DNA of 64,000 nt, from the NCBI GenBank assembly GCA_009914755.4, contig CP086569.2, positions 27,712,001 through 27,776,000 of the forward strand, written 5' to 3'. Made by a program: the position numbers and the translations under genes. This document shows positions 35,887-51,300 of this stretch, one piece after another (position 1 is the stretch's first letter; every line of letters begins with the position of its first letter). The DNA is from the human T2T-CHM13v2.0 reference genome, Homo sapiens. The notes under the pieces were generated by a model. It made no database searches. It worked only from the letters and a program-made list of their open reading frames with translations, and had not been told where the DNA came from.

Positions 35887-38800
35887 CAAACCACATTGGT
35901 TAGACTGACATCGAATAATATCAAAAGAAATGCGGTGAAGTGGAGGGGAGTGTACTGAAATGGGGTGGAATGAAATTGAATGGAGTGGAGTGGAGTGGAG
36001 TCTACTGGAGTGGAATGGAATGGAATGGAAAGGAATGGGATAGAATGGAGTGAAGTGCAGTGCAGTGAAATGGAGTAGAAAGGAATGGAATGGGAAGAAT
36101 TGAATCAAATGGAATCGAAGTGAATCGAATCTAATGAAATTGAACGCAAAAAATGGAATGAGTAGAATCGAAAAAGATGGATTCAAATGGCAACAAATAA
36201 AATTGAGTGGAATGCGGTGAGGTGGAGGGGATTGGAATGGATTTGAATGGAATGTGGTGTAATTGAATTGAATGGAGTGGAGTGGAGTGGACTGGAGTGG
36301 AATGGAATGGAATGGGCAGGCATGGAATTGAAAGGCGTGGAGTGGAGTGGAATTGAGAGGAGTGGAATGGAGTAGGGTGGATTGTGGTGGAGAATAATGG
36401 AAAAGAGTGGAGTGGAATGGAACGGAATGGAGTGGAGTGGAATAGAATGGAATTGAGTGAAGTGGAGTGTAGTGGAATGGAGAGTAATGGAGTGGAGTGG
36501 ACTGGAGTGGAGTAGATTGCAGTGCATTGGACTGTAGGGGATAGAAGTGGCTTGGACTCCATAGGAGTGGAGTGGAATGGAATGGAATGGAGTGGAATGG
36601 ACTGGAACGGAATGGAATGGAATGGATTCAAATGGCAGGGAATCAAATCGAATTGAATCATATTGAATCAAGTTGAATCGAGTGGAGGAAAGAAATCGAA
36701 TGAAATCGAATGGAATGAATTGAATGGAGTCGAATGTCAACCATGGAATCAAAAGTAATGTGGTAAAGTGGAGTGGAGTGTTATGGAGTGGAATGGAATG
36801 GGGTGACATGGAATTGAATACAGTGGAGAGGAGTGGAGTGGATTGGGCTAGAGTTGAACGGAAAGGGAAGGAATGGAACTAAATGGAGTGGAGTGGAATG
36901 GAGTGGAATGGAATGGAATGGAATGGAATGGAATGGAATGGAATGGAACGGAATGGCGTGCAATGGAATCGAATTACATGGAACTGAATGAAACCGAATT
37001 GAATGAAATTGAATGGAGAAAATGGAATCAAATGGAATCCAATCGAACGGATTCGAATGTCATTGAATGGAATCGAAAGGAATGCAGTGAGGTGGGGTTG
37101 AGTGGAATGGAGTGGAATGGAATGGGATGAATGGAATTGAATGGAGTGGAGTGGAATGGAATGGAATGGAAAGGACTGGAATTGAACAAAATGGAGTGTA
37201 GTAGAATGGAGTGGATTGGAGTGGAGTGCAGGGGAGTGCAGTGGAATGAAGAGGAGTGTAGTTGAATGGAATGGAATGTATGGAATGTACTGGAATAGAA
37301 TGGATAAGAAAGGAATGGAATGGAATCGCATGGAATTGAATAGAATCAAATCGAATTGAATAGAGTCAAATGGAAAAAATGGAGTCAAATGGAATCGAAT
37401 GGCATAGAATCGAACGGTTTTGAATGGCAGTGAATGGAAACGAATGGAATGCGATGAAGTGGAGCAGAGTGGAGTGGAAAGGAGTGCAATGGAATAGGGT
37501 GGAACTGAATTTAATGGAACAGAGTGGATTGGAGTGGACTGGAGTGGAATGGAATGGGAAGGAATGGGATTGAAAGGAGTGGCGTGCAGTGGACGGGAGT
37601 GGCATGGAGTGGAGTGGAGTGGAATGGAGTGGAATGGAATGGAGTGGAATGGAGTTGATTGGAATGGAATGGAGTGCAGAGGAATGGAATGGAATGGTAT
37701 AGAGTGGACAGGAATGGAGTGGAGCGGATTGGAATGGAATGGAATGGAATGGAATGGAACTGAGTGGACTGGAGTGGAATGCAATAGAATAGAATCACAG
37801 GGAATCAAATTGGATTGAATCGAATCGAAAGGAAAAAAATGAAATCAAATGAAATTGAATGGAATCGAAATGAATGTAAACAATGGAATCCAATGGAATC
37901 AAATGGAATAGAATCAAATGATTTTGAATGGCGTAAAATGAAATCGCGAAGAAGGCAGTGAATTGGAGTGGAGTGGTATAGAGAGGAATGAATTGGAATG
38001 GAGTGGATTGGAATAGAGTGGATTCCAGTGGAGTGGAGTGGATTGGATTTTAATGGAATGGAATAGACTGGATTGGAGTGGTGTAGATTGCAGTGGATTG
38101 GAGTGGAGAGGAATGGAGTGGAGTGAAGTCGAGTTGAGTGGAATGGAATGGAGTGGAGCAGAGTGGAATGCAAAAGAATGAAGTGGATTGGTGTGGAATG
38201 GAATGGCGTGGAATGGAGTGGAATAGAATGGAATGGAATCGCATGGAAGGATATCAAATCCAATGGAATCGAACGAAAATTATGAATCCAATGGAATCAA
38301 AAGGATTCCAAAGGAACGGATTCGAAAGGCATTTAATGGAATGGAAAGGTATGCAGTGAAGTGGAGTGGAGTGGAGTGGATTGTTTTAGAGTGAAATGGG
38401 GTGGATTGGAACACTATGTGGTGGAGTGGAGTGTAGTGGATCGGAGTGGAGTGCCGTGGAGTGGACTAGAGTGGGGTGGAGTGGAGTGCATTGGAGTGGA
38501 ATGGAGTGGAGTGGGGTGGAATGGAATGGAATGGCATCAAATCGCATGGTAATGAGTCAAATGGAATGAAATAATGGAATCGAAGGCAAACGAATGGAAT
38601 CGAATTGCACTGATTCTACTGACTTCGAGGAAAATGAAATGAAACGCGGTGAAGTGGAGTGGAGTGGAATGTATTAGGGTGGAATGGAATTGAATGGTGT
38701 GGAGTGGAGTGGAGTGCCCAGGAGTGGAATGGGAAGAAATGGAATTGAACGGAGTGGAGTGGAGTGGAATGGAGGGTAATGGCGTGGAATGGAGTGGAGT

Positions 38801-39003
38801 GGAGTAGAGTGGAATGGGTTGGAATGGAATGCAGAGGACAGGAGTGCAGTGTGGTGGACTGGAGTGGAGTGGAGTTGAGTGGAGTGGATTGGATTGAAAT
38901 AGAGCGGAGCAGAGTGGAATGGAATTGAATCACATGGTATTGAATCAAATCGAATGGAATTAAATCGAATGAAAAAACGGAATCAAAAGCAAACGAACGG
39001 AGT
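35887..39003 (+). repeat. HOR copy L (3117 bp) = copy F; 10-bp deletion marker at ~38570
   Basis: Landmark at 35887, next at 39004. Confidence 0.8.
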
Positions 39004-42000
39004 CAAACCACATTGGTTAGACTGACATCGAATAATATCAAAAGAAATGCGGTGAAGTGGAGTGGAGTGTACTGAAATGGGGTGGAATGAAATTGAATGG
39101 AGTGGAGTGGAGTGGAGTCTACTGGAGTGGAATGGAATGGAATGGAAAGGAATGGAATAGAATGGAGTGAAGTGCAGTGCAGTGAAATGGAGTGGAAAGG
39201 AATGGAATGGAAAGAATTGAATCAAATGGAACCGAAGTGAATCGAATCTAATGAAATTGAACGCAAAATGTGGAATGAGTAGAATGGAAAAAGATGGATT
39301 CAAATGGCAACAAATAAAATTGAATGGAATGCGGTGAGGTGGAGGGGATTGGAATGGATTTGAATGGAATGTGGTGTAATTGAATTGAATGGAGTGGAGT
39401 GGAGTGAACTGGAGTGGAATGGAATGGAATGGGCAGACATGGAATTGAAAGGCGTGGAGTGGAGTGGAATTGAGAGGAGTGGAATGGAGTAGGGTGGATT
39501 GTGGTGGAGAATAATGGAAAAGAGTGGAGTGGAATGGAACGGATTGGAGTGGAGTGGAATGGAATGGAATTGAGTGAAGTGGAGTGTAGTGTAATGGAGA
39601 GTAATGGAGTGGAGTGGACTGGAGTAGAGTAGATTGCAATGCATTGGATTGTAGGGGATGGAAGTGGCTTGGAGTCCATAGGAGTGGAGTGGAATGGAAT
39701 GGAATGGAGTGGAATGGACTGGAACGGAATGGAGTGGAATGGATTTAAATGGCAGGGTATCAAATCGAATTGAATCATATTGAATCAAGTCGAATCGAGT
39801 GGAGGAAAGAAATCGAATGAAATCGAATGGAATGAATTGAATGGAGTCGAATGTCAACCATGGAATCAAAAGTAATGTGGTAAAGTGGAGTGGAGTGGAG
39901 TGTTATGGAGTGGAATCGAATGGGGTGACATGGAATTGACTACAGTGGAGAGGAGTGGAGTGGATTGGGCTAGAGTGGAACGGAAAGGGAAGGAATGGAA
40001 CTAAATGGAGTGGAGTGGAATGGAGTGGAATGGAATGGAATGGAATGGAATGGAACGGAATGGAGTAAAATGGAATCGAATCACATGGAACTGAATGAAA
40101 CCGAATTGAATGAAATTCAATGGAGAAAATGGAATCAAATGGAATCAAATCGAACGGATTCGAATGTCATTGAATGGAATCGAAAGGAATGCAGTGAGGT
40201 GGGGTTGAGTGGAATGGAGTGGAATGGAATGGGATGAATGGAATTGAATGGAGTGGAGTGGAATGGAATGGAATGGAAAGGACTGGAATTAAACAAAATG
40301 GAGTGTAGTAGAATGGAGTGGATTGGAGTGGAGTGCAGGGGAGTGCAGTGGAATGAAGAGGAGTGTAGTTGAATGGAATGGAATGTATGGAATGTACTGC
40401 AATAGAATGGATAAGAAAGGAATGGAATGGAATCGCATGGAATTGAATAGAATCAAATCGAATTGAATAGAATCAAATGGAAAAAATGGAGTCAAATGGA
40501 ATCGAATGGCATAGAATCGAACGGTTTTGAATGGCAGTGAATGGAAACGAATGGAATGCGATGAAGTGGAGCGCAGTGGAGTGGAAACGAGTGCAATGGA
40601 ATAGGGTGGAACTGCATTTAATGGAAAAGAGTGGATTGGAGTGGACTGGAGTGGAATGGAATGGGAAGGAATGGGATTGAAAGGAGTGGCTAGCAGTGGA
40701 GTGGAGTGGCATGGAGTGGAGTGGAGTGGAATGGAGTGGAATGGAATGGAGTGGAATGGAGTGGATTGGAATGGAATGGAGTGCAGAGGAATGGAATGGA
40801 ATGGTATAGAGTGGACAGGAATGGAGTGGAGCGGATTGGAATGGAATGGAATGGAATGGAATGGAACTGAATGGACTGGAATGGAATGGAATAGAATAGA
40901 ATCACAGGGAATCAAATTGGATTGAATCGAATCGAAAGGAAAAAAATGAAATCAAATGAAATTGAATGGAATCGAAATGAATGTAAACAATGGAATCCAA
41001 TGGAATCAAATGGAATCGAATCAAATGGTTTTGAATGGCGTAAAATGAAATCGCGAAGAAGGCAGTGAATTGGAGTGGAGTGGAATAGAGAGGAATGAAT
41101 TGGAATGGAGTGGATTGGAATAGAGTGGATTCCAGTGGAGTGGAGTGGATTGGATTTTAATGGAACGGAATAGACTGGATTGGAGTGGTGTAGATTGCAG
41201 TGGATTGGAGTGGAGAGGAATGGAGTGGAGTGAAGTCGAGTTGAGTGGAATGGAAAGGAGTGGAGCAGAGTGGAATGCAAAAGAATGAAGTGGATTGGTG
41301 TGGAATGGAATGGCGTGGAATGGAGTGGAATAGAATGGAATGGAATCGCATGGAAGGATATCAAATCCAATGGAATCGAAGGAAAATTATGAATCCAATG
41401 GAATCGAAAGGATTCCAAAGGAACGGATTCGAAAGGCCTTTAATGGAATGGAAAGGTATGCAGTGAAGTGGAGTGGACTGGAGTGGATTGTTTTAGAGTG
41501 AAATGGGGTGGATTGGAACACTATGTGGTGGAGTGGAGTGTAGTGGATCGGAGTGGAGTGCCGTGGAGTGGACTAGAGTAGGGTGGAGTGGAGTGCATTG
41601 GAGTGGAATGGAGTGGAGTGGGGTGGAATGGAAAGGAATGATATCAAATCGCATGGTAATGAATCAAATGGAATGAAATAATGGAATCGAAGGCAAACGA
41701 ATGGAATCGAATTGCACTGATTCTACTGACTTCGAAGAAAATGAAATGAAACGCGGTGAAGTGGAGTGGAGTGGAATGTATTAGGGTGGAATGGAATTGA
41801 ATGGTGTGGAGTGGAGTGGAGTGCCCAGGAGTGGAATGGGAAGAAATGGAATTGAACGGAGTGGAGTGGAGTGGAATGGAGGGTAATGGCGTGGAATGGA
41901 GTGGAGTGGAGTAGAGTGGAATGGGTTGGAATGGAATGCAGAGGACAGGAGTGCAGTGTGGTGGACTGGAGTGGAGTGGAGTTGAGTGGAGTGGATTGGA

Positions 42001-42110
42001 TTGAAATAGAGCGGAGCAGAGTGGAATGGAATTGAATCACATGGTATTGAATCAAATCGAATGGAATTAAATCGAATGAAAAAACGGAATCAAAAGCAAA
42101 CGAACGGAGT
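39004..42110 (+). repeat. HOR copy M (3107 bp) = copy G
   Basis: Landmark at 39004, next at 42111. Confidence 0.8.
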
Positions 42111-45100
42111 CAAACCACATTGGTTAGACTGACATCGAATAATATCAAAAGAAATGCGGTGAAGTGGAGTGGAGTGTACTGAAATGGGGTGGAATGAAAT
42201 TGAATGGAGTGGAGTGGAGTGGAGTCTACTGGAGTGGAATGGAATGGAATGGAAAGGAATGGAATAGAATGGAGTGAAGTGCAGTGCAGTGAAATGGAGT
42301 GGAAAGGAATGGAATGGAAAGAATTGAATCAAATGGAACCGAAGTGAATCGAATCTAATGAAATTGAACGCAAAATGTGGAATGAGTAGAATGGAAAAAG
42401 ATGGATTCAAATGGCAACAAATAAAATTGAATGGAATGCGGTGAGGTGGAGGGGATTGGAATGGATTTGAATGGAATGTGGTGTAATTGAATTGAATGGA
42501 GTGGAGTGGAGTGAACTGGAGTGGAATGGAATGGAATGGGCAGACATGGAATTGAAAGGCGTGGAGTGGAGTGGAATTGAGAGGAGTGGAATGGAGTAGG
42601 GTGGATTGTGGTGGAGAATAATGGAAAAGAGTGGAGTGGAATGGAACGGATTGGAGTGGAGTGGAATGGAATGGAATTGAGTGAAGTGGAGTGTAGTGTA
42701 ATGGAGAGTAATGGAGTGGAGTGGACTGGAGTAGAGTAGATTGCAATGCATTGGATTGTAGGGGATGGAAGTGGCTTGGAGTCCATAGGAGTGGAGTGGA
42801 ATGGAATGGAATGGAGTGGAATGGACTGGAACGGAATGGAGTGGAATGGATTTAAATGGCAGGGTATCAAATCGAATTGAATCATATTGAATCAAGTCGA
42901 ATCGAGTGGAGGAAAGAAATCGAATGAAATCGAATGGAATGAATTGAATGGAGTCGAATGTCAACCATGGAATCAAAAGTAATGTGGTAAAGTGGAGTGG
43001 AGTGGAGTGTTATGGAGTGGAATCGAATGGGGTGACATGGAATTGACTACAGTGGAGAGGAGTGGAGTGGATTGGGCTAGAGTGGAACGGAAAGGGAAGG
43101 AATGGAACTAAATGGAGTGGAGTGGAATGGAGTGGAATGGAATGGAATGGAATGGAATGGAACGGAATGGAGTAAAATGAAATCGAATCACATGGAACTG
43201 AATGAAACCGAATTGAATGAAATTCAATGGAGAAAATGGAATCAAATGGAATCAAATCGAACGGATTCGAATGTCATTGAATGGAATCGAAAGGAATGCA
43301 GTGAGGTGGGGTTGAGTGGAATGGAGTGGAATGGAATGGGATGAATGGAATTGAATGGAGTGGAGTGGAATGGAATGGAATGGAAAGGACTGGAATTAAA
43401 CAAAATGGAGTGTAGTAGAATGGAGTGGATTGGAGTGGAGTGCAGGGGAGTGCAGTGGAATGAAGAGGAGTGTAGTTGAATGGAATGGAATGTATGGAAT
43501 GTACTGGAATAGAATGGATAAGAAAGGAATGGAATGGAATCGCATGGAATTGAATAGAATCAAATCGAATTGAATAGAATCAAATGGAAAAAATGGAGTC
43601 AAATGGAATCGAATGGCATAGAATCGAACGGTTTTGAATGGCAGTGAATGGAAACGAATGGAATGCGATGAAGTGGAGCGCAGTGGAGTGGAAACGAGTG
43701 CAATGGAATAGGGTGGAACTGCATTTAATGGAAAAGAGTGGATTGGAGTGGACTGGAGTGGAATGGAATGGGAAGGAATGGGATTGAAAGGAGTGGCTAG
43801 CAGTGGAGTGGAGTGGCATGGAGTGGAGTGGAGTGGAATGGAGTGGAATGGAATGGAGTGGAATGGAGTGGATTGGAATGGAATGGAGTGCAGAGGAATG
43901 GAATGGAATGGTATAGAGTGGACAGGAATGGAGTGGAGCGGATTGGAATGGAATGGAATGGAATGGAATGGAACTGAATGGACTGGAATGGAATGGAATA
44001 GAATAGAATCACAGGGAATCAAATTGGATTGAATCGAATCGAAAGGAAAAAAATGAAATCAAATGAAATTGAATGGAATCGAAATGAATGTAAACAATGG
44101 AATCCAATGGAATCAAATGGAATCGAATCAAATGGTTTTGAATGGCGTAAAATGAAATCGCGAAGAAGGCAGTGAATTGGAGTGGAGTGGAATAGAGAGG
44201 AATGAATTGGAATGGAGTGGATTGGAATAGAGTGGATTCCAGTGGAGTGGAGTGGATTGGATTTTAATGGAACGGAATAGACTGGATTGGAGTGGTGTAG
44301 ATTGCAGTGGATTGGAGTGGAGAGGAATGGAGTGGAGTGAAGTCGAGTTGAGTGGAATGGAAAGGAGTGGAGCAGAGTGGAATGCAAAAGAATGAAGTGG
44401 ATTGGTGTGGAATGGAATGGCGTGGAATGGAGTGGAATAGAATGGAATGGAATCGCATGGAAGGATATCAAATCCAATGGAATCGAAGGAAAATTATGAA
44501 TCCAATGGAATCGAAAGGATTCCAAAGGAACGGATTCGAAAGGCCTTTAATGGAATGGAAAGGTATGCAGTGAAGTGGAGTGGACTGGAGTGGATTGTTT
44601 TAGAGTGAAATGGGGTGGATTGGAACACTATGTGGTGGAGTGGAGTGTAGTGGATCGGAGTGGAGTGCCGTGGAGTGGACTAGAGTAGGGTGGAGTGGAG
44701 TGCATTGGAGTGGAATGGAGTGGAGTGGGGTGGAATGGAAAGGAATGATATCAAATCGCATGGTAATGAATCAAATGGAATGAAATAATGGAATCGAAGG
44801 CAAACGAATGGAATCGAATTGCACTGATTCTACTGACTTCGAAGAAAATGAAATGAAACGCGGTGAAGTGGAGTGGAGTGGAATGTATTAGGGTGGAATG
44901 GAATTGAATGGTGTGGAGTGGAGTGGAGTGCCCAGGAGTGGAATGGGAAGAAATGGAATTGAACGGAGTGGAGTGGAGTGGAATGGAGGGTAATGGCGTG
45001 GAATGGAGTGGAGTGGAGTAGAGTGGAATGGGTTGGAATGGAATGCAGAGGACAGGAGTGGAGTGTGGTGGACTGGAGTGGAGTGGAGTTGAGTGGAGTG

Positions 45101-45217
45101 GATTGGATTGAAATAGAGCGGAGCAGAGTGGAATGGAATTGAATCACATGGTATTGAATCAAATCGAATGGAATTAAATCGAATGAAAAAACGGAATCAA
45201 AAGCAAACGAATGGAGT
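42111..45217 (+). repeat. HOR copy N (3107 bp). Extra tandem duplicate of M (G-type) with no counterpart in the first copy of the 18.66-kb block.
   Basis: Strings 42355..42885 and 42407..42976 are identical to 39248..39778 and 39300..39869. Only single-residue differences occur elsewhere (e.g. DSIPFYS vs DSISFYS). Confidence 0.8.
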
Positions 45218-48200
45218 CAAACCACATTGGTTAGACTGACATCGAATAATATCAAAAGAAATGTGGTGAAGTGGAGTGGAGTGTACTGAAATGGGGTGGA
45301 ATGAAATTGAATGGAGTGGAGTGGAGTCTACTGGAGTGGAATGGAATGGAATGGAAAGGAATGGAATAGAATGGAGTGAAGTGCAGTGCAGTGAAATGGA
45401 GTGGAAAGGAATGGAATGGAAAGAATTGAATCAAATGGAACCGAAGTGAATCGAATCTAATGAAATTGAACGCAAATTGTGGAATGAGTAGAATCGAAAA
45501 AGATGTATTCAAATGGCAACAAATAAAATTGAATGGAATGCGGTGAGGTGGAGGGGATTGGAATGGATTTGAATGGAATGTGGTGTAATTGAATTGAATG
45601 GAGTGGAGTGGAGTGAACTGGAGTGGAATGGAATGGAATGGGCAGACATGGAATTGAAAGGCGTGGAGTGGAGTGGAATTGAGAGGAGTGGAATGGAGTA
45701 GGGTGGATTGTGGTGGAGAATAATGGAAAAGAGTGGAGTGGAATGGAACGGATTGGAGTGGAGTGGAATGGAATGGAATTGAGTGAAGTGGAGTGTAGTG
45801 GAATGGAGAGTAATGGAGTGGAGTGGACTGGAGTGGAGTAGATTGCAGTGCATTGGACTGTAGGGGATGGAAGTGGATTGGAGTCCATAGGAGTGGAGTG
45901 GAATGGAATGGAATGGAGTGGAATGGACTGGAACGGAATGGATTTAAATGGCAGGGAATCAAATCGAATTGAATCATATTGAATCAAGTCGAATCGAGTG
46001 GAGGAAAGAAATCGAATGAAATCGAATGGAATGAATTGAATGGAGTCGAATGTCAACCATGGAATCAAAAGTAATGTGGTAAAGTGGAGTGGAGTGGAGT
46101 GTTATGGAGTGGAATGGAATGGGGTGACATGGAATTGAATACAGTGGAGAGGAGTGGAGTGGATTGGGCTAGAGTTGAACGGAAAGGGAAGGAATGGAAC
46201 TAAATGGAGTGGAGTGGAATGGAGTGGAATGGAATGGAATGGAATGGAATGGAACGGAATGGAGCAAAATGGAATCGAATCACATGGAACTGAATGAAAC
46301 CGAATTGAATGAAATTCAATGGAGAAAATGGAATCAAATGGAATCAAATCGAACGGATTCGAATGTCATTGAATGGAATCGAAAGGAATGCAGTGAGGTG
46401 GGGTTGAGTGGAATGGAGTGGAATGGAATGGGATGAATGGAATTGAATGGAGTGGAGTGGAATGGAATGGAATGGAAAGGACTGGAATTGAACAAAATGG
46501 AGTGTAGTAGAATGGAGTGGATTGGAGTGGAGTGCAGGGGAGTGCAGTGGAATGAAGAGGAGTGTAGTTGAATGGAATGGAATGTATGGAATGTACTGGA
46601 ATAGAATGGATAAGAAAGGAATGGAATGGAATCGCATGGAATTGAATAGAATCAAATCGAATTGAATAGAATCCAATGGAAAAAATGGAGTCAAATGGAA
46701 TCGAATGGCATAGAATCGAACGGTTTTGAATGGCAGTGAATGGAAACGAATGGAATGCGATGAAGTGGAGCGCAGTGGAGTGGAAAGGAGTGCAATGGAA
46801 TAGGGTGGAACTGCATTTAATGGAACAGAGTGGATTGGAGTGGACTGGAGTGGAATGGAATGGGAAGGAATGGGATTGAAAGGAGTGGTGTGCAGTGGAG
46901 TGGAGTGGCATGGAGTGGAGTGGAGTGGAATGGAGTGGAATGGAATGGAGTGGAATGGAGTGGATTGGAATGGAATGGAGTGCAGAGGAATGGAATGGAA
47001 TGGTATAGAGTGGACAGGAATGGAGTGGAGTGGATTGGAATGGAATGGAATGGAATGGAATGGAACTGAATGGACTGGAATGGAATGCAATAGAATGGAA
47101 TCACAGGGAATCAAATTGGATTGAATCGAATCGAAAGGAAAAAAATGAAATCAAATGAAATTGAATGGAATCGAAATGAATGTAAACAATGGAATCCAAT
47201 GGAATCAAATGGAATCGAATCAAATGGTTTTGAATGGCGTAAAATGAAATCGCAAGGAAGACAGTGAATTGGAGTGGAGTCGAATAGAGAGGAATGAATT
47301 GGAATGGAGTGGATTGGAATGGAGTGGATTCCAGTGGAGTGGAGTGGATTGGATTTTAATGGAATGGAATAGACTGGATTGCAGTGGTGTAGATTGCAGT
47401 GGATTGGAGTGGAGAGGAATGGAGTGGAGTGAAGTCGAGTTGAGTGGAATGGAATGGAGTGGAGCAGAGTGGAATGCAAAAGAATGAAGTGGATTGGTGT
47501 GGAATGGAATGGCGTGGAATGGAGTAGAATAGAATGGAATGGAATCGCATGGAAGGATATCAAATCAAATGGAATCGAACGAAAATTATGAATCCAATGG
47601 AATCGAAAGGATTCCAAAGGAACGGATTCGAAAGGCATTTAATGGAATGGAAAGGTATGCAGTGAAGTGGAGTGGAGTGGAGGGGATTGTTTTAGAGTGA
47701 AATGGGGTGGATTGGAACACTATGTTGTGGAGTGGAGTGTAGTGGATCGGAGTGGAGTGCCGTGGAGTGGACTAGAGTGGGGTGGAGTGGAGTGCATTGG
47801 AGTGGAATGGAGTGGAGTGGGGTGGAATGGAATGGAATGGCATCAAATCGCATAGTAATGAGTCAAACGGAATGAAATAATGGAATCGAAGGCAAACGAA
47901 TGGAATCGAATTGCACTGATTCTTCTGACTTCGAACAAAATGAAATGAAATGCGGTGAAGTGGAGTGGAGTGGAATGTATTAGGGTGGAATGGAATTGAA
48001 TGGTGTGGAGTGGATTGGAGTGCCCAGGAGTGGAATGGGAAGAAATGGAATTGAACGGAGTGGAGTGGAGTGGAATGGAGGGTAATAGAGTGGAATGGAG
48101 TGGAGTGGAGTAGAGTGGAATGGGTTGGAATGGAATGCAGAGGACAGGAGTGGAGTGTGGTGGACTGGAGGGGAGTGGAGTTGAGTGGAGTGGATTGGAT

Positions 48201-48309
48201 TGAAATAGAGCGGAGCAGAGTGGAATGGAATTGAATCATATGGTATTGAATCAAATCGAATGGAATTAAATCGAATGAAAAAACGGAATCAAAAGCAAAC
48301 GAATGGAGT
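45218..48309 (+). repeat. HOR copy O (3092 bp) = copy H
   Basis: Landmark at 45218, next at 48310. 10-bp deletion marker at ~47880. Confidence 0.8.
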
Positions 48310-51300
48310 CAAACCACATTGGTTAGACTGACATCGAATAATATCAAAAGAAATGCGGTGAAGTGGAGGGGAGTGTACTGAAATGGGGTGGAATGAAATT
48401 GAATGGAGTGGAGTGGAGTGGAGTCTACTGGAGTGGAATGGAATGGAATGGAAAGGAATGGAATAGAATGGAGTGAAGTGCAGTGAAGTGAAATGGAGTG
48501 GAAAGGAATGGAATGGAAAGAATTGAATCAAATGGAATCGAAGTGAATCGAATCTAATGAAATTGAACGCAATATGTGGAATGAGTAGAATCGAAAAAGA
48601 TGGATTCAAATGGCAACAAATAAAATTGAATGGAATGCGGTGAGGTGGAGGGGATTGGAATGGAGTTGAATGGAATGTGGTGTAATTGAATTGAATGGAG
48701 TGGAGTGGAGTGAACTGGAGTGGAATGGAATGGAATGGGCAGGCATGGAATTGAAAGGCGTGGAGTGGAGTGGAATTGAGAGGAGTGGAATGGAGTAGGG
48801 TGGATTGTGGTGGAGAATAATGGAAAAGAGTGGAGTGGAATGGAACGGATTGGAGTGGAGTGGAATGGAATGGAATTGAGTGAAGTGGAGTGTAGTGGAA
48901 TGGAGAGTAATGGAGTGGAGTGGACTGGAGTGGAGTAGATTGCAGTGCATTGGACTGTAGGGGATAGAAGTGGCTTGGAGTCCATAGGAGTGGAGTGGAA
49001 TGGAATGGAATGGAGTGGAATGGATTGGAACGGAATGGAATGGAATGGATTTAAATGGCAGGGAATCAAATCGAATTGAATCATATTGAATCAAGTCTAA
49101 TCGAGTGGAGGAAAGAAATCGAATGAAATCGAATGGAATGAATTGAATGGAGTCGAATGTCAACCATGGAATCAAAAGTAATGTGGTAAAGTGGAGTGGA
49201 GTGGCGTGTTATGGAGAGGAATGGAATGGGGTGACATGGAATTGAATACATTGGAGAGGAGTGGAGTGGATTGGGGTAGAGTTGAACGGAAAGGGAAGGA
49301 ATGGAACTAAATGGAGTGGAGTGGAATGGAGTGGAATGGAATGGAATGGAATGGAATGGAACGGAATGGAGTGCAATGGAATAGAATCACATGGAACTGA
49401 ATGAAACCGAATTGAATGAAATTCAATTGAGAAAATGGAACAAATGGAATCAAATCGAACGGATTCGAATGTCATTGAATGGAATCGAAAGGAATGCAGT
49501 GAGGTGGGGTTGAGTGGAATGGAGTGGAATGGAATGGGATGAATGGAATTGAATGGAGTGGAGTGGAATGGAATGGAATGGAAAGGACTGGAATTGAACA
49601 AAATGGAGTGTAGTAGAATGGAGTGGATTGGAGTGGAGTGCAGGGGAGTGCAGTGGAATGAAGAGGAGTGTAGTTGAATGGAATGGAATGTGTGGAATGT
49701 ACTGGAATAGAATGGATAAGAAAGGAATGGAATGGAATCGCATGGAATTGAATAGAATCAAATCGAATTGAATAGAATCCAATGGAAAAAATGGAGTCAA
49801 ATGGAATCGAATGGCATAGAATCGAACGGTTTTGAATGGCAGTGAATGGAAACGAATGGAATGCGATGAAGTGGAGCGCAGTGGAGTGGAAAGGAGTGCA
49901 ATGGAATAGGGTGGAACTGCATTTAATGGAACAGAGTGGATTGGAGTGGACTGGAGTGGAATGGAATGGGAAGGAATGGGATTGAAAGGAGTGGTGTGCA
50001 GTGGAGTGGAGTGGCATGGAGTGGAGTGGAGTGGAATGGAGTGGAATGGAATGGAGTGGAATGGAGTGGATTGGAATGGAATGGAGTGCAGAGGAATGGA
50101 ATGGAATGGTATAGAGTGGACAGGAATGGAGTGGAGTGGATTGGAATGGAATGGAATGGAATGGAACTGAATGGACTGGAATGGAATGCAATAGAATGGA
50201 ATCACAGGGAATCAAATTGGATTGAATCGAATCGAAAGGAAAAAAATGAAATCAAATGAAATTGAATGGAATCGAAATGAATGTAAACAATGGAATCCAA
50301 TGGAATCAAATGGAATCGAATCAAATGGTTTTGAATGGCGTAAAATGAAATCGCAAGGAAGACAGTGAATTGGAGTGGAGTGGAATAGAGAGGAATGAAT
50401 TGGAATGGAGTGGATTGGAATGGAGTGGATTCCAGTGGAGTGGAGTGGATTGGATTTTAATGGAATGGAATAGACTGGATTGCAGTGGTGTAGATTGCAG
50501 TGGATTGGAGTGGAGAGGAATGGAGTGGAGTGAAGTCGAGTTGAGTGGAATGGAATGGAGTGGAGCAGAGTGGAATGCAAAAGAATGAAGTGGATTGGTG
50601 TGGAATGGAATGGCGTGGAATGGAGTAGAATAGAATGGAATGGAATCGCATGGAAGGATATCAAATCAAATGGAATCGAACGAAAATTATGAATCCAATG
50701 GAATCGAAAGGATTCCAAAGGAACGGATTCGAAAGGCATTTAATGGAATGGAAAGGTATGCAGTGAAGTGGAGTGGAGTGGAGGGGATTGTTTTAGAGTG
50801 AAATGGGGTGGATTGGAACACTATGTTGTGGAGTGGAGTGTAGTGGATCGGAGTGGAGTGCCGTGGAGTGGACTAGAGTGGGGTGGAGTGGAGTGCATTG
50901 GAGTGGAATGGAGTGGAGTGGGGTGGAATGGAATGGAATGGCATCAAATCGCATAGTAATGAGTCAAACGGAATGAAATAATGGAATCGAAGGCAAACGA
51001 ATGGAATCGAATTGCACTGATTCTTCTGACTTCGAACAAAATGAAATGAAATGCGGTGAAGTGGAGTGGAGTGGAATGTATTAGGGTGGAATGGAATTGA
51101 ATGGTGTGGAGTGGATTGGAGTGCCCAGGAGTGGAATGGGAAGAAATGGAATTGAACGGAGTGGAGTGGAGTGGAATGGAGGGTAATAGAGTGGAATGGA
51201 GTGGAGTGGAGTAGAGTGGAATGGGTTGGAATGGAATGCAGAGGACAGGAGTGGAGTGTGGTGGACTGGAGGGGAGTGGAGTTGAGTGGAGTGGATTGGA

